Origin: Guillardia theta CCMP2712
Lineage: Eukaryota > Protista > Cryptophyta
DNA length: 64,000 nucleotides
Reading direction: 5' to 3'
Assembly (NCBI RefSeq): GCF_000315625.1
Contig: NW_005434512.1
Span: forward strand, 1-64,000
Positions 34,101-46,400 of this stretch are shown here, piece by piece. The notes below the pieces were generated by a model. That model was given only the letters and a program-made list of their open reading frames with translations. It ran no database searches and was not told the DNA's origin. Made by a program: the position numbers and the translations under genes. The first letter of the stretch is position 1. Each line of letters opens with the position of its first letter.

Positions 34101-36728
34101 TCTCCAGCATGTCCAGCACGCGGATGAACTGGCTGAAGATCAGCACACGGTGATGCTCCGTCCGCAGCTTCGGGAGAATCTTGTCGAGCAAGACCATCTT
34201 GCCGGAATGAAAAATGAGCTGTTGCAGCATGTCCGCACCCGACGAATGGCTCCTGACCTGCCGCAGAAACTTCAGACGTCTCCCTCCTCCTCCTTCCTCT
34301 TCCCCTCCCTCCTCTCATTCCCAAGCTCTTCTCTCCCCCCATGTTCTTCCTCAATGTTTTGACATGCAAGTCCGCCCATGGGACGTCAGCACTGACTTCC
34401 ATCAACAAGTCCAGGCTTCAAGGCATCCATCATACATTCAACTCTCTCCGGGGAGCACCCGAACGGCAACGAGCACATACATGAACACGCAAGGCAGACC
34501 TGCTCCTCCACCCCGTCGATCAAGTATGGATGATTGCAACACTTGCGAAGCTCCATCTCCACATTTCTCAGCGCAGGCACTTGCGCTCCCTTGGCTCCCT
34601 TCCTCAGCCAGTCGAAGTTCTTTTCGAGGATCGACTTATACGTAGTCCGCTGCAGCTGCGACATCTCAACCTCTACAATGATCTCTTCCTTGGGGGGGAT
34701 AGACTTTTCCACATCCTCCTTGTGCCTGCGGAGCATGAAGGGCTGGAGCGCCTTGCGCAGCTCCACGATCTGCCCGGCGGTCTCTGGGGGGTTCCCGTAG
34801 CGGTCGAGGAAGAGCTCGAGGTTGTCGAAGTTGTTGGGGGAGAGGAAGTGGAGCAAGCACCACAGCTCCTCCGTGTTGTTCTGCAAGGGAGTCCCAGTCA
34901 TCAGGACGCAGTGCGCTGCATCGTCAGGGTTCGAGCAGGGGGGGACGGCCTTGAAGGACTTGAGGGAGGTGAAAGTCTTGGACGATTTGTTCTTCAACCG
35001 GTGGGCCTCGTCGACGATCACGCAGTCCCACATGATGTCAGCAAGAATACCTCCGTTCTCCTCGTCTTTCATCACCACCTCCCACGTCGTGATCAGCACG
35101 TTGAACTTGAGCTCCTCCGACACCTTTCGGTGTTCATCATCAAGGAAGTAGAACTCGTACTTGAAGATGATGTCCCTTGAGTCCTGGTTGCCGTGGAAGA
35201 CTATTGCGTTCAAGTCCGTCCACGCTTCGACTTCTCGAAGCCAGTGGGGTATGGTGGATAGAGGAGCCACCACAAGGAACGGGCCGCGTCTTCCCTGCTT
35301 CTGGTTCAGCCATGACATGAAGCCCACCGCCTGGACTGTCTTTCCTAGTCCCATCTCATCGGCAAGGATGGAGCCTCTGCGCTGGAGCCAGTTGAAGATG
35401 AGCCAGTTGACGCCCTCACGCTGGTACTCGCGGAGGGAGTTGCCTTTGAAGAAGCACTCCTTCACGTAGTCCTCGATGTCCTCTGACTGTGAGATCCGCT
35501 CAACAGGAGGACGCTTCTCCCTCTTGTTGTCGGGGATCTTTGAGAACAACTCGAACTGCCGGATCTTCTCGCTCGCCACCTGCGATCCCACAGAGTCCAC
35601 GATCGACTCTCTTCGCTCCCACGTGGCCTCCGCATATGGGAGGTTTCTCCATTTGCAAAGATATTCCATCACTGCATCCTCCTCACCCTCCTCCGGCCTC
35701 TCCCGGCTCGCCACGATCCGCTCGACCTCGGCGAAGGTCGGGTCGAAGTAGTCTCCTCCACGATCTTCCACCTCCCATCGAATGACGTCCCACCACTTGG
35801 AGATGAAGTTGTTGAGCCTGATCTTCCCTCCCTCCGCAAAGATCGTGTCCGGGGACTCCCACGTCACATGCAGGTAGCTCTTGTCTCGCCACTTGATCAG
35901 GTACCTCTCTGAGAAGCTTCCGTCCTCTTCTCTCTTCTCCTCGAATCCAAGGATCTTGTCAATCCTGCACTTGTTCTGCTCGATCGCCCCCTGTTCTTCT
36001 TGATAGTAGAGCTCCTTTTCATCGCTCTCCAGCAAGTCGCTGTCATCAGACTCAATCACATACTTGCTCTTCCCCGAGCTGTTCTGCGCGCTCCTCCTCA
36101 CTGATCGTCGCTGGTTGCCACCCTTCTTCTTTGTGGCTGGAGCAGCGAATCCATCTGAGTCGCTCGAGTCTTTGCTCTTGCGATTCTTTCCTGCTTTCCC
36201 TTTAGGTCTTGATCCGAAGTCCTCCGAGTCGCTGTCGCTGGCCTGAGAGAACTGGCAAGTCGAAACGAGTCAGGATGGGGTCAGACGGCGCCCAGGCTCA
36301 CATCTTCTTCCTCGGAGGATTCGAATCGATTCGATCGCTTCTTGCTCGCAGGCTTGCCCGCAGGCTTGCCTTTCTTGTTTCCAGCTTTCGACTGCGTGAG
36401 GAACGGTCATGGTGGAGGCGTTTAGAGGAGGCAAGTAACCACTGAAGCCTTCTGCTTCTCTTGTGCCTTGACAGGCTTCGGCACCACCGCCTTCTTGTTG
36501 GAGGCTGACCATTCTTCTCCTTCGGAATTGCTCTCCGAGCTTGAGGCTATTCGCCTCCTATCACCGCCACTCGAAGCCTTGGAATCCATCCTGCTCGTCA
36601 AGATGAATCAAGGACCCACAGGCTACCTACACATCATCTCTAACCTCTTCTTCTTGCTGTCAACGTCTGAATCACTCCCTGGCGCCCGGAAATCCCCGTC
36701 GTTGTTGTCGTCATCCCCTCCATCGTCG

Positions 36729-36760
<32 letters not shown>

Positions 36761-36913
36761 GTTCTGGTTTCGGTTTGTATCCTGCGACATCGGTTTGAAG
36801 AGCTGCTTCCCTCCTGTGGTTGGTCGAGGAGCGCTCTCGCTCTCTCCATTCTTCACGGGGACGGAATCCGAGCTTCCATCCCCAGACTCGGAATCACCGG
36901 AATCGGACATCAA
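31114..36913 (-). CDS. Chromodomain-helicase-DNA-binding protein, CHD6-9/Kismet-like SNF2 remodeller; ends approximate
   Basis: Tandem chromodomains (YLIKWRDKSYLHVTWE; YLCKWRNLPYAEATWE), [82 protein letters not shown] and a SLIDE-like WTVKHDKELLWGVYKYG. Confidence 0.93.
31851..31950. other. Assembly gap (100 N) within the CHD gene
   Basis: Run of n characters. Confidence 1.
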
Positions 36914-37619
36914 CAGTTTGCCTGGCAGACGAGACAGGTCACCCAGAGAAACGATTCAGCACAGGAAGGGAAGGGGCGAGATGCAAGAGAGGAGAGGATA
37001 AGTGAAAACTTCATCGAAGTCATGTCTCGAAGGTGAAAAATATGCATGAGAGAAAATGAGACTAGAGGGGTACGAGGATAGTTGCAATAGATGAAGCATC
37101 AGGAGCGGGAAGCGGTCGATAGCATGATGGAAGATACGACAGTCAGACCATGGGCATAAGGAGGGAGGAGGAAAGGAGGAGGAAAAGGAAAAGGGATGGG
37201 GGGATCAACAATTAGAAGTCAGACAAGTAAAGCTTTGGCAGATTTGAGTGAAACAGAAGCCGTTCAGGATATCGCGACAAGGAAAAGCGACTCCAAGAGA
37301 GTAGAGATGATAGCTAGAAGAAACAAGGAAGATAGCCTGGGAAGCGCAACGAGGAGCGAATGTAGAACGAGGGTATCAGGTGCAGGGAAAATGCCGAAAT
37401 GCAAGCAAAGCAAATCGGGATCAGGACGTTGGAGAGGGATGTGCAAGGCGATAATCAAGGAGTTGAAGATGTGGACGGAGGGAGGTAGAAGGGGCAGAGA
37501 AGGAGGAGAAGCGAGGGTGGCGGCGAGCACATGGAAGGAGGGAGGGGGGGCGGGACGGACGGGGGGGGCGGGGGGGGAGGGAGAGGAGAGGGAAGTAAAA
37601 GTGTTAAGTCGATTACGGC

Positions 37620-37820
37620 AGGCCTCAGTTTTTATTTATATGTTTCGAAACTGGTACACTTTAAAAACGTTTATTTTAATTTGTACGAGATGAATCCGAT
37701 ACTTGCTATGACCATGTACATATAAAGGTGTTTTTAAAATTAGGTAACTAATATCAAGCTTTAGTTACTCTCATGTTTTCCATATTAACTGTACAAATTT
37801 TATATACATGTAAAAATCCT
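37620..37820. promoter_or_regulatory. AT-rich intergenic core between the divergent CHD and MRH genes
   Basis: Sharp local drop in GC content, next to a G-tract at ~37540-37580. Confidence 0.4.
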
Positions 37821-38406
37821 GCATGACGTGGGAGGAGCGCTGGAACTGGTCCCGTGGGAGCGGAGGAGCAGGAGCCGCAGCAGCAGCAGCAGCAGCAGGA
37901 GCAGCAGCAGCAGCAGGAGAGTTGGTACAAGGACAGAGAAGGAGTGATCAGGGAGAGAAGACAGACAGACAGACAGAGTAGGTAGAGTATCCTTCACCCT
38001 TCGCACGGAAAATGGCAGGCGTCGTAGGGGAAAGAGGGAAGGACTTCGGTGACTTCAAGCGCTGGTGGGACATCTGAGGTCCAAAATAGCTTGTAAAGGG
38101 TGAGATGCAGTCAAGAAGTCCTAGCAGAACAGGCAGAAACGAATGTGTATGGACCGGAATTCTGCCATGCTGAATTGTTGGTATGCTGACTTATTTCTTT
38201 GAGGTTTCGTTGAGGGTTCTCAATCAGACTTCTGTCTCCATCAGACAACAAGCTTAATGCCACCAATTTGATTGGTTGACGTAGAACTAGAGCCTGTTGG
38301 AGGAATCCGGACTTGTCTTTTGAACCGGTATGCGGGTGAACGTCATTTAAAGAGGGAGGGGAACCGGGGGGGGGGAGCGGAGGGGTTGAAGCAAGCAAGG
38401 ATTAAG

Positions 38407-39640
38407 ATGCTCTACGCTACAAAAGCGATACTTGTTCTCACCCTGAAGTTGATGGTACTCCTTCTCCATCTAGCGTGTTGAGTTGATGGCTGGGGCAGGC
38501 GATGGGGGTCAAGGCAGACAGCACTGGCGAGCATGAATGTCGGTGGAAGTATAACCAGCTGCATTGGGACCTCACGCCTCTCATCCGACATTCGTGAGTC
38601 TCCCCCACATCCTTTATCTTGTTCAGCTACCAAGAGCTCGACTGACCGTCACTCTCAGCCCTCAGCGAGACTACCGGGTGAAGCGAGACCGGTGGGAGTT
38701 CTACCTCAATGTCTGCGCCAACACCATCAAGGTGAAGGGTCCCGCCTACTCGCCCCCAGCTCAAGTCGAGCAGGTCCCGAGCACATGCAAGCAGCAGTTC
38801 GGACCGACTGCTGAGAGATCGCCGGGATATCAAACCCTGCAACATGACGGGGAGGTTTGCGGTGTCCACTTGAGCTTGGGGCGAGCTGAGATGGGTTGGC
38901 AGACTGCTTGCTACTACATGGGGAATGTGCACACAGCAAAGTGGGGGCTGCTGGACGAGAACAACCCAGAGGACGGGGTGAAGCTGACGTACTCAGCAGG
39001 GACAAAATGTGAGGGAGGAGGGAGGCAAGTCGCGGTTCCTCTTGATGACCCAACGAGTCAGGTGATGCCAAGACTGGGAGATCGATCGAGTATCACTTCA
39101 TCTGCGATCCTCAGATCGGCGTCGGGCAGCCCGTCACGTACTGCTCCTCCTCCTCAGCGCTCAAAGTGACACATCGATCAGGGTTGCGGGAGAATGTCGC
39201 TTCATGGTCATATGGCAGACTATCTACGCGTGTCCCTTCTACCCGACTCACTATCCTCGGCTCCTCTTGTGGTGCCATCCCAGCCGATGACGGCGATGAC
39301 GATGACGATGACGATGCGTTTGCAGGAGTAGCGTCGCGATCGTGCTCTACTTGCTCATGGGCTTCGCATACAACATCAGAAATAACGGGATGAAGGTTTC
39401 CCTTGCTGCTATACCTCACAGGTGCTTGCTCTACTCGCTCCTCTCGTTCTCACGGCTCTCAGTTCCTCCTTCCTTGCGCTATGGGCATGGCTCAAGTACC
39501 TCGTCATGAGCCTTTTCGGTGAGAGGCTCGTCCTTGTTACATAACGTGACGCTTCCTCTTCAGGATTTTTGTTTGGAAATCGTGAAAGAGACATCGGAAG
39601 TTCAGAGGAGACTACGAGGTTGAATCCAACCCCCGTTTAA
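38407..39640 (+). CDS. MRH-domain type I membrane protein (mannose-6-phosphate receptor/ATG27-like)
   Basis: Signal MLYATKAILVLTLKLMAMG; WDLTPL, EFYLNVC, CYYMG...W.LLDENNPEDGVKLTYSAGTKC, IEYHFICDP, CRFMVIWQTIYACP; hydrophobic segments near the C-terminus. Confidence 0.82.
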
Positions 39641-39771
39641 CAGAACCTAGCTCATTGTTTATAAACCTCCGATAATCTCAGATCTAATTACCATCACTTG
39701 GCTCACACACACACACACAAGGTTTCTTCTATTGATCTATCATGCTACTTCAACCCTTGCCCGTACAAACT

Positions 39772-42112
39772 TCAGAACAAGTCTCCGCCCCATGGTGATC
39801 GCTGCACAGTGGAGTACTGCGGTTGGTTGGGAGGAGGCATGTAGCCGAAGTTTCCATCTTGAGTGGAGTATTGCGGCATGTTGACGGCGTTCATGCTGGA
39901 GTACAAGTTGCCTTGCTGATAGCGGAGGGTCAAGAGGAGAAACATGGCAGGAGAGATCTAGACCTGTCTGTTAACTTGCCAAGAAGGCTCGTTGCCTCTA
40001 GGGCTGAGGTTTCCTACCGAGATGATGTTTTGCGAAGCTTTGAGGCATGTCAGTGAGAGGCGTCAAGAACGACTATGATTACGTAGCATCATCTGCGGGC
40101 GGAACGAAGCGACTGGAGCCATTGCTGGGCTCCTCAAAAAGTTCTGCTGAAGCTTGTTCTTGCTGTCAGTCGATGAAGGGGATCAGAAGAGAGTACCAAA
40201 GGCCTCGGAATCGTTGACTGCATCTGCATGTGAGGCATGGGAGGCGGGGGGGGCATAGAAGGCATGGAGATCATCGATGGCTGCTCGATCTGTCAAGGAA
40301 CAGAAGCTCAGTCAGCTGACACAAGTCGAGCAACCTGCTCGCTCACATAGTTGATGTTGGGAGAAAACGGCGGCGGCGGCGGCATCATAATTTGCTGTGG
40401 ACACGATGAAATGTCAGGGGCTTCAGTGGAGGAGGCTGGGGGTCGGGGACATACGTTGGGTCTTGGCAGTTGAGGGGGCTCAGGGGGCTGGAGCAAAGGG
40501 GCGCAGTCTCGGACGACAGGGATCTGGGGAGACATGTCAGCTTGGAGGAGTTGAGACCCAACAAGATTTTCTCATGTCGTTACCACACGCTTGTCGGTGT
40601 GGATCTGAACGACAGAATGAATGGCGTCGGTAAGGAGACCCTTGATCCTATCCTCTGAGAACCCTGCTACATCCTTCCCGTCGACCTCTTCGATCAGCTC
40701 CCCGTGCTAGCAAGACCAGTCAGCACCAGCCATCGAGTCACTTGCTCTACCGTGAAGCCCACTTTCTCAGCCGATGAGCCTTTAGTCACGTTGCCGATTA
40801 CGAAAGACTGAGTTGGAGAACGAGCATCAGAGTGAACATCATAGGAGCAGCTTGTTACCCCCGTCTTCTCGCCGTTGAACCATTCTTTGGGGCAAGGCTC
40901 AATGGAAAATCCAGGACTAGCGATTGTGATACCCAGTTTCTGTGAGCCTTGTTAACATGAGAAGGTCAAGGATTGCAAGGTGGCAACCTTCATTTCAATG
41001 ATCTCTTTCATTCTGGCTTCCAAGATTTCCTTCTCATCAAGTTCCTTTGAATCTTCTTTGTTCTGTAGATTGATGTCAGCTGGAATGCTCATGTAAGAAG
41101 ATTAAAACCTCCTCTACGTTCTCATCATCAGACCTGTTGGAAGAACGGATATATCAGGTGCACACACCAACTTGTGAACAAGAGACACTCACTTCTTGAC
41201 GATAATTTTTCGAATAATCTCAACGTCGTATTCAGTATTCCGAGAAGCTGTACAAGCTTCAATGATTGCAACAAAAACTCCGAAAGATTCCAACCTGATT
41301 TCATGCGCAAGAGGACAGGGGAGTCAACAGGCCCAGGGATCTTCTGGGAGAGAGTCCAGATGTCCCAGTTGCTCACCTTCTCTCCGTTAACCTGCAGCAG
41401 GAGCTCACTTAACACTGCTGCTCCTGCTGCCATCAAAAGCTCACCTCGATGAGAACGTCGTTGAAGGAGACAAGACCAGACGTTGCTGCTGGTCCATCGG
41501 GAAAGATCTGACGGAGAGAGTCAAACAGGAGAGCAAGCGCATGGAGATCAGAAGCATGAGAGGTGATTTCATCACCTTTTGTACGTAGAACTCACGTTGC
41601 CCAGATTCCATATTGATCCGATCGGAAAAAGCGATTCCGACCTGACAGTTTGTCCTTCAATCCAAGACAGGAGCATCCCTTGCGCGGGAAAGGCTCACTC
41701 ACCCCTCCTTTGGGCTTCAACGAAGACTTGTTGATAGACATGGTCTGAATCTGAGATTGAATCTCCGCGATGGTTCCGTTTCCATTGGGGAATGCGATAC
41801 TTCTTGGCTCTTGGATTGTACGGACAGCCATCGGGGGAAACGACATCTCGACGAGCAGTTGAGGAAGCTGGCGATAACCTTCCATACAAGTCATGGCAGG
41901 TCATGTTATCCCATGTCACATGTCAGAACACATGCCCAAAGCATTGTCTCATTTCCCTCTCCTGCCGTTGCCTGATTTGCTGCATGCCCTTCAAAATGAT
42001 CTGATGCAACCATTCTTGCTACACTTTTCTCAATTTTTCTTCTACTCAGGCTTCCTCATCCGCTGGAGGGATCTATCTTTCAGCACTCCTCTTCTCCGTC
42101 CCTCCATTTCCA
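39772..42112 (-). CDS. Multi-PDZ-domain protein, multi-exon
   Basis: IFPDGPAATSGLVSFNDVLIE / VNGEKVSNWDIWTLSQKIPGPVDSPVLLRM, and a second unit FVIGNVTKGSSAEKVGF / GELIEEVDGK; ends ...MGGDLF*. Confidence 0.75.
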
Positions 42113-42209
42113 TCCTCTTCCTCCGTCTAAGACGACTTTCCTGTCCTCTGTTCACTGCAGAGGACTGCGCTGCCATACACGGCCATCTGAGGACATTCCG
42201 TTTCTGTGT

Positions 42210-43400
42210 AACGATTAGAAATTTCAAATACTTTTGAAATATTATCTCATATAATCAAATTTACAAGAAACTATTGTCAGAGCATATCGCAAAATTGAAT
42301 AATTTGTGTGAAACAATCAGCCTTCACGGAAATGCCAGTGTCTGCAAGGCTCGGAATGCGGGGTGGTCCCTCATTCTCGTCCCACTCAATGAGTACCCCT
42401 TCTTTCACCTGCATTAACAAGGGTACTCCACTCAGTGACTGGTGTGCATGGGTAGGGGTATATGTCCCCACCCTCCACGCATCTGGGTATTAGAGGGGTG
42501 TAAGGGGGTCCTTCTGTAACGGCCCTATTCATATGCTACTGTGTGAATTAGCTGGGTGTCCAGGTGTTACACTGATGGACTCATCCGATCCGAGGCGAGC
42601 CCGGCGGGACTGCCAACTGGCAACACGGTCGGCCCGCCCGGCCAGGCCGGGCCGGCCCACTGCTGACGGAGACCTCTAGTACGGTGCGCCCGACTGCGGC
42701 GCCCGACTCGACAACATCATGTTGTAAGGGTCAAGCCACCTCCGAGGCTCGCCGACTCTTCCCGGAGTCCCGGAGTCCGGATTCAAAGTTTCACTGCCGA
42801 CGGCGGCACTCCGGGTTTCCGTGAGCCTGTGAGTGATCGCCGGGACTCGGACTCCAAGGCTCGCCGACTCTTCCGGAGTCCGGATTCAAAGTTTCACTGC
42901 CGACGGCACTCCGGGTTTCTGTGAGCCTGTGAGTGATCGCCGGGACTCGGACTGCCTCTCAGTAAACTCAGTTGTGACTCTCGCAGCGGCCTCCTCCTCC
43001 GACCCTCCTCAGTTCTCAGTCTTGTTGCTTGAGCCGTTGCTTGAGATCCGGGATCATTCACAGGCCCGGGGCAACTCACATACCGCCGGGTCACGTTGTG
43101 AAACAAGAGTGGAGCTTCCGACTCGACTATACTATGATTAAGGCTTGGCTATAAGATCGGAACAGCCCGGCTATGAACTACTAGTCCCCGGAGTACACTT
43201 CACGACTGATGAATCTAGCTATCGGATACTATAAATAATTGAAACCAAAACTGGAGGCGCCTAGCTAGTTGTCTACCGAGCTGTATTCCAGTAGGCCCTT
43301 AGTGGACCCCCTGACCTGGGGTACCCACCCGTTCTCATTTGGCCTCTGGATGACTGCTAGTAAGGGGTCTAGAGTTCTGAAGGACCCCTACCATACCTAA
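42210..43400. promoter_or_regulatory. Composite divergent intergenic module: AT-rich stretch, TACCC block, CCGG island (~42590-43100), TACCC block
   Basis: Direct reading; GTACCCACCC at 43321-43330. Confidence 0.5.
42745..42953. repeat. Tandem ~100-bp duplication (42745-42853 and 42857-42953)
   Basis: AGGCTCGCCGACTCTTCC...GGATTCAAAGTTTCACTGCCGACGGC...GTGAGCCTGTGAGTGATCGCCGGGACTCGGACT occurs twice, with small indels. Confidence 0.95.
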
Positions 43401-43420
43401 AGACAGGGGACTCAACGGCT

Positions 43421-46400
43421 ATGGCGAGCGTGGGGGAGGGTGTAGCGCTCGACAGTCAGCAATGGGCTCCCCCTCCCTCCTCTCCTCCCCACTCACCTTC
43501 TTCTCCTTCTCCTCCCTCCTCTCCTCCCCACACTCAAGTCACACATGAGCAGCTTCCGGCCAACCCCCGCAGCTCACACCACGAGCAAGTGTCAGCTCAG
43601 GAGATCTCGTCTCAAGCCTCCCCTCCACACCATGAGCCGCTGCCTCTGCACTCGGAGGCTTCGCGTCCTCCTCTGCTCATCGATGCTCAAGTGACGCTGA
43701 AGGAGATGCGCTCGTCGCTTGCGAGCTCTTTCCGAGCCGCCAAGCTTGTGGACGGCAACGAGGTCTTGTCGGAGAAGCTGCGAGGACGAGCGGCCGCGGA
43801 GGCAACAGGAGACAACGGGGATGGCCTGATGACCGTCATTGCCTTCGTGGAGGCGCTGGCCGAGCTGGGAGTAACAGCGAGGAAGCGGCATGTGCGAATG
43901 ATTCTGAGTAGCTCGCGGTTCTCAGTGGGGGGGAGGGTGCGGGTGGAGGAGTTGCTCAAGGAGATGAACGGGAGCGAGTGGTGGCCGTCACGGGAGGCGA
44001 TGGCGTCTGAGGCCATCGATCGTATTGCCGACAATATTGAGAAGCAGCAGGGGCAGAACTTGTCGCTCTTCGACATGTCCGCGAGAGACGCCCAGCTCGA
44101 CGAGGAGGCGTCCAACGACAAGTTCAGCAAGCTCATGAACATCATCAAGACGAACCCCAGCGCTGAGGCTACTGAGTTCCTCGCCCTCTTCGATCCCGAG
44201 GCAGACAAGAAAGCGAACCGCGCAGAAGCAGGGATACAAGACGGGATACAGAAGAAGGAAGAAGGAGGGGTACAGAAGAAGCAAGAAGGAGGGGTACAGA
44301 AGAAGGAAGGAGGGATACGGAAGAAGGGGGAAGCAGGGATACAAGGAGGGATACAGAAGAAGGAAGAAGGAGGGGTACAGATCCAGGAGGAAGGAGGGGT
44401 ACAGATGAAGGAAGAAGGAAGGGTACAGATGCAGGAGCAAGGAGGGGTACAGACGCAGGAGGAAGGAGAGGTACAGAAGAAGGAAGAAAGGGTACAGACG
44501 CAGGAGGAAGGAGGGGTACAGAAGGCGGGGAAGGAGGGGTACAGAAGAAGGAAGGAGAGGTACAGAATGAGGCAGGAGGTGTTCAGAGTGACGAGGAAGG
44601 AGGAATACAGAAGGAGGGGAAGGAGGGGTACAGGGGGAGGAGGAAGGAGGGGTACAGAAGCAAGAGGAAGGAGGGGTACAGAGGCCGGGTCATACGAAGA
44701 AGCGACAAGGTGCGAGCATGGAGAAAGCCTCCAAGTCTGGAGGCAATCCTTACCAAGGCAAGAATCCTCTGCTCGAGAGCAAGAGCAAGAGCACAGGCTT
44801 GTCAGCTCTCCAAGTGAGCTCCAGCGGAGACTTGGGTGGGCAGCGTGCCCGTCGCTTCTCGAGCAGCAGGGAGCGAGCGCTGGTGTACTCCAAGATGCTC
44901 GACCTTGTCTCAGAGCCCCTGAGGGTGAAGCGACTGAAATCCTACAAGTCCAACTGGAGGAAGGAGCCGCGGCCAGCACTCGCCATCGAGTATCGCAAGT
45001 GGGACAACCTGAACGAGCAGGTCGCGGGCTGGACGCCAGCGCTCAAGTACCAGGCGAGAACGCCAAGCGAGTCCTGGGTGCAGATCACATCGACGGCACC
45101 GTTCAAGATCGGATCTCGCTTGTCTGCTCCTCCTCCGCTCCCTCCCGGGCCTGAGCCGATGACCGCCAACTCGATGCTGAATCAGTCGCTCAAGGAAGAC
45201 CGGAAGAAGTCCAAACTCGTGCTCAAGGGCACCGAGACGGCGAAGCTCTCTCGGCGATACGTATCCCAGGGCCTCTATGAACGAGCTCTCAAGTGCGCGG
45301 AGCAGAGCGTCGAGTGTTTCCAGCAGGCAGGGCAGCAGGGGCAGGCGAGCGCGGTCTTACACCCCCTGCCGTACGTGCAGGAGCTGATCAAGCTCAGCAT
45401 GGACCGGATGCTCTCGAGCGCCCAGGAAGCGCTGAATCGCTTGGAGTTCGACAAAGCCTCCTCCTACATCCCCCGCCTGCTGAGCGCGTGCGAATGGCTG
45501 GACCAGAGGGGGGTGGTGTACCCCGCAGCCAAGGAGCTCTCTACGCGACAGCTGAGGCTGGGGATGCGGGGCCAGGGGATGCCGCAGGGACGGGAAGCCA
45601 TCGGAGTGCTGGCTGACCTCATCCTCGACAAGACCTTCGCCAAGGCCTCCCAGCTCGAGACCGACGCGCTGCTGCGCTACTTCGCCAACCTCAACCCGAG
45701 GGAGGTGGACGAGGAGGAGCTGGCGGCGCTGGAGGAGGAGCCGGATAAGGTGTTTGTGAACCGCCTGCCCGAGCAGCTGGTGTGTGACGGGAGGACGTAC
45801 GTGCTCGTGATCGACCTCAAGCCCGCGGTGCTCCCGGACACGCTAAGCATCGGCATGCAGATCGAAGTGCGGGGGGTGCGGACGCTTAACTCCGGGTACC
45901 AGGACGAGGGGAGGACGTGGAGGAGCGGGACAGTGACGGGATGGAACGGGAGGGCGTCCAAGTACAAGGTGCAGTACGCGGACGACAGCGAGTGGGTGTC
46001 GTGGCCGAGTGAGTTGCAGATCGATATGGACACGTCGCTCGAGCATGTCGTCATCGACATCGACGACATCGAGGTTCGCAGCTACACGCGGATCGCTCGG
46101 GATGCGGAGAAGAAGCGAGCGGTCGTGAGCTTCATTCCAGTCCCTCACTTCTCCGAGTTTCCTTCGCGCTCGTTCGGGTCCAAGAGGGTGAGGATGTACC
46201 GGTTCAAGACGGGGGAGAACCTCCTAGCCGACAAGCGAGCCTCCGTCATGCTCCTCCCTCCCGTCTGCCTGAAGCCTGCCGCCTCCTACGCCTTCTTCAA
46301 CGCCCTCAGCAACGAGCCGCTTCCCGACGCCTCCATCGAGTTCACCAACCTCTCGACCAACACCCGCCACGTGTTCCGCGAGGGAGAGCAAGTAAGCCTC

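Noticed and set aside
32104-36246. Numerous + strand ORFs opposite the CHD gene (similarly opposite other long exons)
   Set aside because: Antisense shadows of GC-rich coding sequence with no recognisable motifs.
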